DNA of 64,000 nucleotides from Octopus sinensis (GCF_006345805.1 NC_042999.1:22754001-22818000), one strand, 5' to 3'; shown: positions 25,551 through 39,015, counted from the stretch's first letter. Program-made: numbers and translations. The notes: a model not told the origin generated them from the letters alone.

Positions 25551-25735
25551 TATTTAAAATGAATAAAAGAATGGAGTCGAACGAGTATTTTAACACAATT
25601 CCTTTAATTTCAACACATGTTTCGAAGACTGCATATTCTTCAGAATTAAGAATATGCAGTCTTCGAAACATGTGTTGAAATTAAAGGAATTGTGGTTAAA
25701 ATCCTCGTTCGACTCCATTCTTTTATTCATTTTAA

Positions 25736-25738
<3 letters not shown>
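25551..25738. repeat. Near-perfect ~188-bp palindrome (about 90-bp arms, 7-nt loop)
   Basis: Left arm tatttaaaatgaataaaag..gaagactgcatattctt, loop cagaatt (25641-25647), right arm reverse complement with one substitution and one 1-nt indel. Confidence 0.92.
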
Positions 25739-25790
<52 letters not shown>

Positions 25791-26438
25791 TATATATATA
25801 TAACGGTTACATAAGATTCATTCATGTGTGCAGGAACAAAATTTGTTAAGGAGGTACACACTCAGACCAAAAATATTTTACAAGGTTGATTTTTTTCAAT
25901 TTTTATATCAAAACTGACAAAGATATAATAATATTTATTACATCTGTACATCAATCAAGTCAGATAAATCCAATAATGGAAAAATAATGTTTCAAATCAG
26001 TCCAAAAATATTTCTATACCCACACACACTCACACACACATACACACACATATACATGCATATATATTATCGACCCTTCCTAATTCCTTATTTCTAACAT
26101 GCACAGTTACTGACACAACTCAATTGATAGACATCCTGTTTCAGATATTCTTTCGATTCCTTTTCCATAATTTTCCAATGTAATTAGCTAAGCGGTTAAT
26201 AACTGATATTATGTACTGTCACCCGCACCTCATTACTCTTTTAAACCCTTTCTTTCTTCAACTTATATTTTCTTCTTATCTTTCCTTCTCCGTTCTTTCT
26301 CTTCTCTGCTCTTCATTCTCTCACTCACACTTCTTCAATTTCACCCATTTAAAAATGCATATCTTATATTTTTAATTGAATCATTATATTTTAATAATAA
26401 ATCTCTGAGCGAGGTATAGACAGTAGCTGCACGACATC

Positions 26439-26754
26439 GTGAAGTATATTTGCCAGTTAAAAGTGGCTAACCCCTAAAGGTGGATGCTACTCTAGCTTGT
26501 AGCCCCAGGAGGACACCTCCTCCAGCTGGCTATTGACACACTTTCTGTGCCCTATCAATATTTGCAAAGGGAAGCCATCCTTCCTGTCTTCAACCAATGA
26601 TACACACGGACTCGAGTTTCTGGGTATTAACCCGTCATGCAAATACTGATAGGGTACAAAAAGTATGTCAATAGCCAGCTGGAGGAGGTGTCCTCCTGGG
26701 GCTACAAGCTAACCCTTAGGGCTTAGCCACATTTAAGTGGCAAATATACTTCAC
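26439..26754. mobile_element. MITE with long terminal inverted repeats
   Basis: gtgaagtatatttgcca.. / ..tggcaaatatacttcac; internal arms tagcttgtagccccaggaggacacctcctccagctggctattgac are also inverted. Confidence 0.85.
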
Positions 26755-26803
26755 ATTATATTTTAATTATTGTTAATAACTTTAAATTACTCTAAATCTG
26801 ATG

Positions 26804-27126
26804 AATTCCCAGACCGGGCGTTGTGAGTGTTTATTGAGCAAAAACACCTAAAGCTCCACGATGCTCCGGCAGGGGATGGTGGTGATCCCTGCTGTACTCT
26901 TTCACCACAACTTTCTCTCACTCTTACTTCCTGTTTCTGTTGTACCTGTATTTCAAAGGGCCGGCCTTGTCACTCTCTGTGTCACGCTGAATATCCCCGA
27001 GAACTACGTTAAGGGTACACGTGTCTGTGGAGTGCTCAGCCACTTACACGTTAATTTTACGAGCAGGCTGTTCCGTTGATTCGGATCAACCGGAACCCTC
27101 GTCGTCGTAACCGACGGAGTGCTTCC
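26804..27126 (+). mobile_element. SINE family C variant 1, 5'-truncated
   Basis: Starts at attcccagaccgggcg; 10-bp TSD aaatctgatg at 26794-26803 and 27127-27136. Confidence 0.92.
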
Positions 27127-27499
27127 AAATCTGATGTTTTAGTTTGTTTCTAATTAATTATTTGCACAGTGATGAAAAAAACAAACAAACATAATGCCCG
27201 CAATGAACAGTGAGAATCAGAACGGTGACATACAGATTCATTCATAACTGCAGGAACGAAATTTGTTAAGGAGATACAAACTCAGATCCAAAATATTTTA
27301 TAAACAAGATCGATATTTTTTTCAATCTTAACATCAAAACAAACACTGATATACTAATATCTATTATATCTATACATCAATCAAATCAGATAAATCCAAT
27401 AATGGAAAAGTAATGTTTCAAATCAGTCCAAAAATATTTCTACACTCGTTCGTTTCGGCGATGAAATTTTTCAGGAGAATATTCAAAGCCAATGGAGCA

Positions 27500-27950
27500 G
27501 CCAGTGGAGCGCTAATAGCTCCCTCCGAGCGGGATCACTGCCAGAGCAGCTGTCTGGCTTCCGTGCCGGTCGCACGTAAAAAGCACCATTTGAAAGTTTC
27601 GTTACCTGCATCGCCTTACTGGCACTTGTGCTGGTGGCACGTGAACAAAACATTTGAGCGAGATCGTTGCCAGTGTCGCTGGACTGACTCCTGTGCAGGT
27701 GGCACATAAAAAGCACCATTTCGAGCTGGCCATTGCCAGCAGGGCCAGACTGGCCCTCGTGCCGGTGACACGTAAAAGCACCCATTACACTCTCGGAGTG
27801 GTTGGCGTTAGGAATGGCATCCAGCTGTAGAAACACTGCCAGATCAGATTGGAGCCTGGCGCAGCCATCTGGTTTGCCAGTCCTCAGTCAAATCGTCCAA
27901 CCCATGCTAGCATGGAAAGCGGACGTTAAATGATAATGATGATGATGATA
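27500..27950 (+). mobile_element. SINE-like element with internal subrepeats and (GAT)n tail
   Basis: About four copies of gtgccggt..cacgtaaaa(a)gcacc, then ggttggcgttaggaatggcatccagctgtagaaac.., ending gacgttaaatgataatgatgatgatg; RTE-type tail is inference. Confidence 0.65.
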
Positions 27951-29984
27951 TACATGTGTGTGTGTGTGTGTGTGGTATACATACTTATACAGTTACTCCT
28001 TTCTTTTGTTTTCTCTCAGTTTCACAATCTTCCCCTCTATTTGTTTTTTTTATCGTTCCTTTCTAACTTTTGTCTCGTATATTATTCGTTCACTTTGTCT
28101 CTTTTTAGAGTAGAACCCCCCCCCTGTTTTATCCGCAAGGTACATTCAACCTACAAAAGTACTTTGTTTTCCTTTTTATTTTCATTTCATTCGAGAACCC
28201 CTGTCGTCTGCTATTTATTTGCCACCACTTTCCACCGATCTTCCCTAAATCTGTTGATTTCTTGTACCAGACGTATATTTGCAATAATTTTTTGAACAAA
28301 TATTATTCCCTGGGTTATAAGCGCTAAAATCGACGTGCTGCTATTGTATTTTTCTAACTCTAACGGAAATTAGTCTCCACTTTTCTTTTTCATTATTATT
28401 TTGAGCACCTTTCAAACGGTAAGTGTTTCTCTAACAATATGGCAGCAAGTAGAAATTTTTCTAATTTTTTCCTGTCTTTAAGAATCTATATAAAAAAAAG
28501 ATAATGTAGAATATTTCAGGAAGAATATTTCATTGAAAAAGTTTCTTCAGTAACTCTTCGCTTTTTGTGATGGTTCTCTTTTATCTTTTCAACCATTTTT
28601 TCTTTCTCTTTGAGTCTTACTTTCGTTAATATTTTAATTCAATTGTTTGGTTCCTGTGGCTGCTCCTGCTGCGCCTGCTGCTGCTGTTGTTGTTGATGTT
28701 ATCTTTTCACTTATTTTTTTTTTTTTTTACTTCTTTTCATTTACTTCCTTTGAAAAGACAGACATGAATCTGTTTGATCAGCAAATTGAATTCTTAAACA
28801 GACGTTCTTATAAATGATTTATGAACTGAAACGAAATCATTTATATCATCAAAACCATTCGATACATTATATATATATATGTATATACACTTTAGTTTTT
28901 GCTTTCTTCTTTTCTGTTTTCCTTGCACCTAATATATATCTAGACCCATCTTTTAACACATCAAAATCTTCGGAGTAAAAAGTGCTGATAGTACAGAAGA
29001 TAACGTGTCAGATGCTGACAACTCGAAACTTTAGTACTGCATCTTGTTCATGACCAAGTCACTTCACTCACGAATGGAGTTTTTAAACGGCTTTTTGGCA
29101 GAGCTGTTACAATGTCGAACAAAACAGTGTATGGTATTTTCTTCCGGTGCGCTACACTCTGATTTCAAATCGTGCTAGAGTCAAGTTCTTCTCCCTCTCT
29201 CTCAATTTCTTTCATCAATTCGTCGTCGATAAAATACTGAACCAAACCAAAACTGTGGATTGACGAAATGTCTTACAGTATCGATTACCGCTGTTTACTT
29301 TCTGTGAGCTAGGATGGTCGAGTGCACCACCCGTCATCTTGATTGCTCGACCACCGCCAAAAGAACTGATCTTTGAGCGCTTTCGCGGATTCCACTCTGT
29401 TGAAAGTATTCCGGCCAAGAGTACGATTGAAATTAATGGTCGAGAGTAACCGTCATCTCTATCGCCCGACAACTCTACTCTAAAAACAAAACAAAACAAA
29501 AAAAGCTGTTCAATGGATGCTTTCGCGGAGTTCACTGTTACAAGCATTCCGGCCGCGAGAACGATTGAAATTAACTTTTTCTCTTCCTCCCATCATCTCG
29601 GAGGTCTTAAAGATACAAACGATCACGGGTGTTGCCCTTCCATCCCTGAATAGAACCTTTTAAAAAAGTTTGAAACTACAAAATATATAACGCTGAATTT
29701 GAACAACATATTACTGTATTCATGCTCAAAATCTAAAGAATGAAGATAGATCTAGCCTCTTGCTGTTACCAAATATACATTCTATTAATAAATTTTAAAC
29801 CATTGCTAATAACTCAAAAATATCACCCTATCCCTAGCTGGTCCACATGCAATTAATTGCAAGGTGTATGGTCCTTGTTTTCTCGCGGCGAGATTATCTC
29901 TTCAGCGTATTTATCATAGCGGCCAACTATCACCCGATTATATTTACACCGCGCAACTATGCTCAGTATGAATTACCTGACTGC

Positions 29985-30366
29985 GGCCATGCTGGAGCAC
30001 CGCCTTTAGTCGAGAAAATCGACACCAGGACTTATTCTTTGTATGCCTAGTACTTATTCTATCGGCCTTTTTAACCGAACCGGCTAAGGTACGGGGACGT
30101 AAACACACCAGCATCGATTTTCAAATGATGTTGGGGGGAGACACAGACACACAAACATATATATGCAGACACATACACACACACACACAGACATACACAC
30201 ATGTATATACGACAGGTCTCTTTCAGTTTCCTCGACCAAATCCATTCACATGGTTTTGGTCGGCCCGAGGCTATAGTAGAAGACACTTGCACAAGGTTCC
30301 ACGCAGTAGAACTGAACCCAGAACAATGTGTTTAGTAAGCAAGCTATTTACCACCCAGCCACTCCC
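29985..30366 (-). mobile_element. SINE family B
   Basis: tgactgcggccatgctggagcaccgcc to cagccactcc. Confidence 0.85.
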
Positions 30367-30967
30367 CAAAAATTTCTGGCCTTGTGCCAAAATTAAAAAT
30401 CTATTAATATTTGGTAGGAGTAGAATCTGTTAGTTTGAATATCACCGTTCTAAGTTACCGGTGTCCTTGAAACGGGAGAGCATTGACTTTTATAATCTAC
30501 ATGCCTACGTTTTTCTATAACGTAACATCTTTGTCTTTAGTGAAAGCGCAAAATCAATTTGAAGGTTAGTAAATATTTTTTATTGATATATTTTGGCATC
30601 TGTCGAAATGCAACTGAACCGAACCGAGCCGAGCCGAAATGAATCGAAATGTCGAAGTCGGTCGCAAAGTCATGTGACCGACGCAATGCGAACTTCAAAC
30701 ACAAAGCATTTCTTTTTTTTCGTTTAACATTTTAAATGAACCGTCCAATTACAGATCGCTTTAAATATGCACTGTTCACTGAATGCTGTTTAGCTGTAGT
30801 AGAACTGCATAGTTGACGTGCTGGCTCGTTTTATGAACTTAGGTATACTAAGTTCTATAGGATGTTAAGGCAAAATTTAATAGTTTGCATAAGAGGAAAA
30901 GAAAATATAATACGCGTGGAAAATTTTAACTCGGGTCCGTTGGTGTTGCCATCTGCTGTTGCATTCG

Positions 30968-31001
<34 letters not shown>

Positions 31002-31077
31002 CAGAGAGAGAGAGGAGGAGAGACAGAGAGGAGGGAGAGACAGAGAAGGAAGGATGGAGGGAATTTTCTTAGAAATA

Positions 31078-31610
31078 GTTGGCGTAGGAGTGGCCGTGGT
31101 AAGCGTAGGAGTGGCTGTGTGGTAAGTAGCTTGCTTACGAACCACATGTTTCCGGGTTCAGTCCCACTGCGTAATAACTTGGGCAAGTGTCTTCTACAAT
31201 AGCCTCGGGCCGACCAAAGCCTTGTGAGTAGATTTGGTAGACGGAAACTGAAAGAAGCCCGTCGAATATATATATTACTCTTTTACTCTTTTACTTGTTT
31301 CAGTCATTTGACTGCGGCCATGCTGGAGCACCACCTCTAATCGAGCAACTCGACTCCGGGACTTATTCTTTGTAAGCCCAGTACTTATGCTATCGGTCTA
31401 TTTTGCCGAATCGCTAAGTGACGGGGACATAAACACACCAGCATCGGTTGTCAAGCAATGCTAGGGGAACAAACACAGACACACAAACACACGCACATAT
31501 ATATATATACATATATACGACGGGCTTCTTTCAGTTTCCGTCTACCAAATCCACTCACAAGGCTTTGGTCGGGCCGAAGCTATAGTAGAAGACACTTGCC
31601 CAACGTGCCA
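31078..31610. mobile_element. Two SINE family B pieces in opposite orientation (plus head 31078-31270, minus copy 31275-31610)
   Basis: ggcgtaggagtggc..gaagcccgtcg followed by ttactcttttacttgtttcag..gacacttgccc. Confidence 0.85.
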
Positions 31611-31822
31611 AATATATGCCTTGTTGCTCAGGTACCCGTGGTTTTTGTGGTATTTTCCACGCGGACTTTAAAGCGCCTCCCCTATTGAGAGTTTTAATTT
31701 AATTTTTATTATTATATTGTGTACACGCGATAAAACCCATTGCATCGTCCTGGTTTTGTCTTTAATGTTGTATACGTTTTAATATTATTTTATGCGAGCC
31801 CTTGTGACCAATACAAGAATAA

Positions 31823-31864
<42 letters not shown>

Positions 31865-32053
31865 TAGTTTTATTTTTATAGCGTGCTTTCACTTCACTAC
31901 CGAGCGCAGCTCTGTGTGCCTTGGGTATGTGCTGTGATTTGTTGTGATGCTCTGATGGTTATTGTATGGAAAGTGTTCTGCGTAGGATGTGTGCAGTGCC
32001 TAGTAGTGCAATTTTCTGTATGTTATATGTGTTTGTAAGTCCTGGTGTTTTTG

Positions 32054-32776
32054 TTATGTATTTGTCTGAATATATTTTTTTATCATGCCTAATGCACCTA
32101 CTATGATAGGAATTGTTTCTGTTTTCAGATTCCACATTCTAGTTACCTCTATTTCCAGGTCTTTGTATTTTGAGAGTTTCTCCATTTCTTTTAGAGACAC
32201 GTTGTCATCTGCCGGTATTGATACATCAATTAGAAAGCATTTTTTTTCTTCATGATCTCTGACAACTATATCTGGTCTGTTGGCCTTAATTTCTCTATCT
32301 GTGTGTATCGGCATATCCCAGAGTATGGTTGCTTTCTCGTTTTCTGTGACCTTTTCTGGTGTGTGCCTATACCATCTTTTTTCTGTTGTTATTCCATAAT
32401 GTTGGCATAGCTTCCAATGTATGTAGGTTCCAACTCTGTCATGTCTGTGAATATATTCCTTCTTAGCCAGGACTGGGCAGCTAGAGATAATATGATTTAT
32501 TGTTTCTTGTCCATCTCCACATATTCTGCAGTTACTTGTAATATTTCTTTTCATTACATGTTTTTGGTAATTTCTGGTGGGGAGGCTTTGGTCTTGTGCT
32601 GCAATTAAAAATCCCTCTGTTTCTGCTTTGAGTCCTGAGCTTCTCAACCATTGCTGGGATTTTTCTTTGTCTATTTCTTTTGCGTTTAGTTTAGTGCAGT
32701 ATTTACCATGAAGGGGCTTTTCTTGCCATCGTTTTATCATGGTTCGTTGCTGTTCTATTTTTAGTTTGGATTTCAT
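32054..32776 (-). CDS. C-terminal CCHC zinc finger plus restriction-like endonuclease segment of the Dong-type ORF
   Basis: CRICGDGQETINHIISSC, RHD, NRPDIVVRD, IDVSIP, EKLSKY, PIIVGALG. Confidence 0.9.
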   Translation of the reverse strand: MKSKLKIEQQRTMIKRWQEKPLHGKYCTKLNAKEIDKEKSQQWLRSSGLKAETEGFLIAAQDQSLPTRNYQKHVMKRNITSNCRICGDGQETINHIISSCPVLAKKEYIHRHDRVGTYIHWKLCQHYGITTEKRWYRHTPEKVTENEKATILWDMPIHTDREIKANRPDIVVRDHEEKKCFLIDVSIPADDNVSLKEMEKLSKYKDLEIEVTRMWNLKTETIPIIVGALGMIKKYIQTNT

Positions 32777-32804
32777 TTGTTTTATAGCTTTTGTTGTTTC
32801 TTCA

Positions 32805-34335
32805 TCATTCTTCTTCTTCGTGTTTATTAGGTGGTATGATTTCTTGTTTGTATTTGTCAGCTTCCTTAAATACTGAGAACAGTTTTTTGTTTTGCTCGTG
32901 TTTTGCTGCTATCTGGATCAGTTTTCCTTCCTTCTGAAGTAGGTATTTTTGCAGTCCTATGGTGGTTATTTTATAGTAGTTTTCCAGCTGTATAAGGCCT
33001 CTACCACCTTCTATACGTTGTATATATAGTCTTTCTATGTCAGATTTTGGGTGATGCATCCTAGATCCTGTCAGTATTTTTCTTGTTTTCCTATCTATTT
33101 TGGACAGTTCATTTCGTGTCCAGTTAAGGATATTGTAGCTGTAACTTATAACTGGGACAGCTAAAGTGTTGATACCTATTATCTTTTTTAGCATTGAGCT
33201 CTGTTTAGTATTGATCAAAACTCGTATAATATTCTTTTTTATTTTCTCTTTCATTTGTGTGTGTTGTGTCTTATCTAGTTCATGGATTCCTAAGTATTTG
33301 TAAGTTTGGCTTTGGTCTAATTCTTTTATTTCATTGGTTTTATCTAGTGTGATGTTGTTACTCTTAACTAGTTTTCCTCTTTTCATGGTTACTTTGGCGC
33401 ATTTTTCTAATCCAAATTTCATATCTATTTCTTTGGTAAATCCATGAACTGTCTTTAATAGTGTTTCCAGCTGTTTGTCATTTGCAGCGTATAGTTTTAG
33501 GTCATCCATATATAAAAGGTGGCTGATCGTTTTGCCGTAAATTTATATCCGCATCCAGTTCTATTTAGCATATCAGATAGAGGTGACAGTGCCAAGCAGA
33601 AAAGGAGTGGAGAGAGCGTGTCTCCCTGGAATATTCCTCTTCTATGGGGATGTCTTTGGTTTTCATGAGTCCCTCTTTTGTTTGGAGGTGTAGGACTGTT
33701 TGCCATTTATTCATAGAGTGCTCTATGAATTTTATGATTGTTGGTGCTACTTTGTTAATGGCTAGTGTTTCGAGGATCCATGTGTGGGGGATGCTATCAA
33801 ACGCCTTTTTGTAGTCGATCCAGGCCATACTGAGGCCTTTCTTCTTTCTGTGGCTGTCTTCAGTTACGGCTTTATTAATCATTAGTTGATCTTTACAGCC
33901 ATATGAGCCTTTGCGGCATCCTTTCTGCTCTTCTGGGAACAGTTTGTTTTCGTCCAGGTGCTTGTTCAGCCTTTGCGATATCACTGCAGTAAATGCCTTG
34001 AAAATAGTAGGGAGGCAGGTATTGGTCTGTAGTTTTCTGGTTTTCTGTTTCATTTGATTTGGGAATTAAGATGGTTTTCCCTTCGTGAGCCATTCAGGCA
34101 TTGTCTCTGGCTCTGCTAGTATGCTGTTAAAGTTTTCAGCCAGCTTTTTGTGCATTCCTGTTAGATATTTCAACCAGAAGTTGGGGATCTTGTCATGCCC
34201 AGGTGCCTTCCAGTTGCTTAGTTTTTGCAGTGCCTGGGTGACCTCTTCAGTTGTTATGGGGGTCCAAAGTCGTTCAGATGCCGAGTTTGTTATTTTGATA
34301 CTCCTTTTTTTTTTGGCTGTTCGTTCGCCGACCAT
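32805..34335 (-). CDS. Reverse transcriptase domain of the Dong-type ORF (split across frames)
   Basis: NWKAPGHDKIPNFWLK, CLPTIFKAFT, EQKGCRKG, AWIDYKKAFDSIPH, GIFQGDTLSPLLFCLAL, YMDDLKL, YKYLG across ORFs 34066-34335, 33565-34053, 33497-33706, 32805-33509. Confidence 0.92.
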
Positions 34336-36249
34336 ATTTCTCTCCAGAATTCTTCCAATTCTTCTGCCGTTGGTGCTGCAGTGACTTCTATTTTATTTTT
34401 TCCCAGTTCTTGGTAGAACTTTTTGGGGTTGGAGTTGAACTTTTTGTTCTGTTCAAAGAAGCGTTGGCGTTTCTCGTACCGGCGGATCCTTTGAGCTTTG
34501 GCAAGGATATCTTGCTTCAGCTTTTCTTTTATCTCCGGCAAATCTTTTTCTGTGATGTTATATTTGCGGAGCATTTTTGTCTCTTTTTGTTGCTCAGTAG
34601 CTTGATTGTTTGCTGATTTCATTAAGAATCGACAGGTCTTTTCTAATTTTTTAAAGTTTGTTTTTGATGTTATTTATCCACAGGGTTTGTTTGGGTGGTG
34701 GTACTCCTGTTTGGGCGGGTTTGGGTGAGTATCCAGCTTCTTTTGTGGCTGCAGTGGCTGCTGCGTATATCAAGTCATTAGTCAGTGATATCACTTTTTT
34801 TTGTTTCAGTGGCTAGTTCAGTGACGGCTAGGTTTATGCTGTTTATAATTGGTGTTGTTATTTCGTTTATTTTTATTCTTGGGAGGTATGGTCGGTGGTC
34901 CATTTTGGGCTCTGTGGTTTTTCAGTTCTTTGATTATTTTATTTTTTATATTATCATAATCATTAGGCTCCCCTTCGTTGTGTTACATCGTGTTTGTTGG
35001 GAATGTTGCGTTTGTCTTCATGTTTTACAGTTTCAGTGTTTATATTATTGGGCATTGTTGTGTGGCTTCTATCTACATTTTCCTGGTGTTTTTTCTTTTA
35101 AATGTTCTATTTCTATTTCTGATATTTTTTTGGCTTTGAGAATGTATCTTCGTACGTTAGCTAATTTATTAGGGTTCATTGCTGTATCCAAGTCTATATC
35201 TCTATTATTTTCCTTCCATATTTTATAGTATGTGTTGTTGTATTTTCATTTTTTGGTAGAGCATTGCTGTGAAGTATGCGTGTAAAATAGAAATGTATTC
35301 CCTCGCGTTCCATTTACGTCTTTTGGGTTTTATTTGCGGGACATGAGGTACAACGCCCGGCCCATTATTTTGACGGTCGTCATTTTCGTAGGGTACCGGT
35401 CCGTTTATTTCTGTTGTCACATTATTTCGCACGTGTAGTTTTTCGTACATTTTTTGTTGTAAGTTTAATGTACGTACCGCTCGATTGTATTCTTGGGTTG
35501 AATAGTATCGGTGGCATTTAATTTCTTCGTAGTTCCTTTGTACATGGTGTTGAGGTCGGGGATGATCGTGATGTTCCACGCATGTTTACATGTGTTGCGT
35601 TAGAGGTGGAGATAATATCGAGTCAAAATACATCATTTCGTTTCGAAAATAGTAATAAATTTCAATTAGTATTACTTACTCGGATACAGTCCAATTCTTT
35701 GTTAGTAAATCTTTGGCTCCATAGGATGTCCTTGTTTTCGATGTTTGTGGATAGATTTCGGAGCTCTGTATTTTCCTTCTTACATCTTATTATTATTATT
35801 ATTATTATTATTATTAGAAATCTTTTTATATTTATCCTTTCCAAAAATAAACGTATTTTAAATAATAAAACAAATCAAGTATTTTAAGTAGTAGCCCTCA
35901 GCTTTCACAACGGCTTCAAAACGCTTTTGGAACATGGTGAATGTGTCCCTCTCTGCGTTCCCTGGGAAAGCCTTCCAACACCCTCTTGATCATGGCTACC
36001 AGCTTCATCGGATTACAATAGGGATTATAATCGGATTACAATAGGAGACCAGAAATTGGGAATGGTGTAATCTTTATTTACTCTCACGCCGTTGACTGTT
36101 CACGAATATATCAAGCTTTTATTGAAAAAGTCAACCATAAAAAGTCGTGAAATTTAACCTGAACAACCTACATATGTTACTTAACAACAAAACATTCTCA
36201 TTTCCCTACAATTGAAACACTGTATTATGGAACTTCGTATGTTTGCGTT

Positions 36250-36990
36250 GCTGTATGGTAAGAAGCTGGCTTCCCAATCATTTGGTACCGGGTTCAGTCC
36301 CACTGCGCGGCACCTTGGCCAAGAGTTTTCTACTACAACTTCGAGCCGACAAAGCCTTGTGAGTGGATTTGGTAGACGGAAACAGAAAGAAGTCCGTCGT
36401 CTGTATATATCTATGTGCGTATGTCTTTGTGTTTGTTTCCCACCGCCACCTGACAGCCGGCGTTGGTGTGTTTACGTCCTCGTAACAATAGCAGTTCGGA
36501 AAAACAGACCGGACAGAATAAATGCAACACTTTAACAATAAAAAAAAACGAAAATTAAATACGGGGACACGATTCATTCTCTTTTACTCTTTTACTTGTT
36601 TCAGTCATTTGACTGCGTCCATGCTGGAGCACCGCCTTTAGTTAAGGAAATCGACCCCAGGACTTATTCTTTGTAAGCCTTGTACTGATTCTGTCGGTCT
36701 CTTATGCCGAACAGCTAGGTTACGGGGATGTAAACTCAACAATATCGGTTGTCAAAAGATGTTGGGGGGGGGGGGACACACAAACACACAAGCTCACACA
36801 TATATATATACATACACATATTCACGACGGGCTTCTTTCAGTTTCCGTCTACCAAATCCACTCACAAGGCTTTGGTCGGCCCGAGGTTATAGTAGAAGAC
36901 ACATGGCGAAGGTGCCACGCAGTGGGACTGAACCCGGAACTATGTGGTTAGTAAGCAAGCTACTTACCACACAGCCACTCCTGCGCCTAT
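36250..36990. mobile_element. Two SINE family B copies, tail to tail (plus 36250-36540, minus 36575-36990)
   Basis: Family B consensus in both orientations. Confidence 0.85.
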
Positions 36991-37439
36991 TTTTTTCTTT
37001 GTTTTGAAAGGTGTTGCTTCAGCATGGTCGCAGTCTAATGACTGAAACAAGTAAAAAATAAAACATAGAAGATAGATTTTACAAGCAAAAAAGACACAAA
37101 ATGCCAAAACTTTTGGTAAAGTTATTTCATTAAAAGAATTGCTTTCAACAATTCTCGTTTTCGGATATTGCATCTTCTAACAATGGTTACTTATTCATTT
37201 TTTTCTATCGCTCTTCCTTGGCATTTCGTTTTAGTTCCATTCACACATTATACGTTCTTTACACTTCTTGGTAATTTCTGTGAATTTCTCAAACTCTTAC
37301 CATGCCTCTTTAGTTAACCTTTTTCTGTACTTTTTTTACATCTTCGTGAATAATCTCTATTGTTTTTTTTATTAATCTATTTTATTTGTTTCTTTACGTT
37401 TTTTCGCTTTTTTCCTCTTTTTATACATATACACACATA

Positions 37440-37574
37440 TATATATATAATATAATATATATAATATATATATATATATAAGATATATAATATATATATA
37501 TACATACATATATTACATATCTTATATATATATAATATATTATATATATATATACATACATATATTACATATCT

Positions 37575-37605
<31 letters not shown>

Positions 37606-37708
37606 TATACATACATATATTACATATCTTATATATATATTATATACATACATATATTACATATCTTATATATATATATATATATATATACATACATATA
37701 TTACATAT

Positions 37709-37744
<36 letters not shown>

Positions 37745-37974
37745 CATATATTACATATCTTATATATATATATCTTATATATATAGATATATATATATCT
37801 TATATATATATATATATCTTATATATATATATATATATATATATATCTTATATATATATATATATTATATATATATATATATCTTATATATATATATATA
37901 TATATATATCTTATATATAATATATATATCTTATATATATATATATATATCTTATATATATATATATATATATA

Positions 37975-38019
<45 letters not shown>

Positions 38020-38022
38020 TTA

Positions 38023-38056
<34 letters not shown>

Positions 38057-38085
38057 CTTATATATATATATATATATATATATAT

Positions 38086-38127
<42 letters not shown>

Positions 38128-38183
38128 TATATATATATTACATATCTTATATATATATATATATATTATATATATAAGATATG

Positions 38184-38232
<49 letters not shown>

Positions 38233-38320
38233 ATAATATATTATATATATATACATACATATATTACATATCTATATATATATTATATATATATATATAT
38301 ATTCATCATTATTCTTTTCC
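37440..38320. repeat. (TA)n array with a ~30-bp unit (atacatacatatattacatatctta)
   Basis: Unit repeated about 7 times inside interrupted (TA)n. Confidence 0.9.
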
Positions 38321-38778
38321 CCCTATTTTCTAATAATAATATTCCATTGATAAACATGACACGTTTAAGTGGAATCATCGAAATATGGTCTGTAAAAGAA
38401 CTAAGTTCTTCCACTGAAAAGGAACATGTCGTTTCTAACGCAATGTATTGATTCCTTCAAGTATTGCAACCAATTTCAATAAATACATTTGCATACCGAT
38501 ATACAATATGTCGCAAAGATTGTATACCTTCGATCTGTCTGTCTGTCGGTCTGTCTGCCTGTCTGTCTGTCCGACAGTCTGGCAGGATATATGCCTGTCT
38601 GTCTGTCTGCCTGTCCCTCATTGTCTCTCTATCTCTCGCCCGCTCGGTCTCTGAACACATACACACACACTCACAAACACACAAACACATGTATATGCAG
38701 GTACATACTCATGCACACAAACGTATATATTTCAAAAACATGCATATTAATGTAGATTATTTCTATGTTATACTTGTG

Positions 38779-38831
<53 letters not shown>

Positions 38832-38964
38832 TATATGCATATATGCATTTCTATGTAAGTGATTTGTATGTATATACAAGAATATATATATATATTATAT
38901 GAATATATATATATGAGTATGAGGTGATCAAACTGCACATAAGGAATAGACAACCACCATAATG

Positions 38965-39015
<51 letters not shown>

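Larger units (their letters stand above)
31861..35786 (-). mobile_element. R4/Dong-clade non-LTR retrotransposon, near full length, inserted in (TAA)n
   Basis: Bounded by (TTA)n at 31826-31860 and 35787-35816; single frameshifted ORF with N-terminal KRRKWN motif, RT motifs and C-terminal CCHC plus REL endonuclease. Confidence 0.92.
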
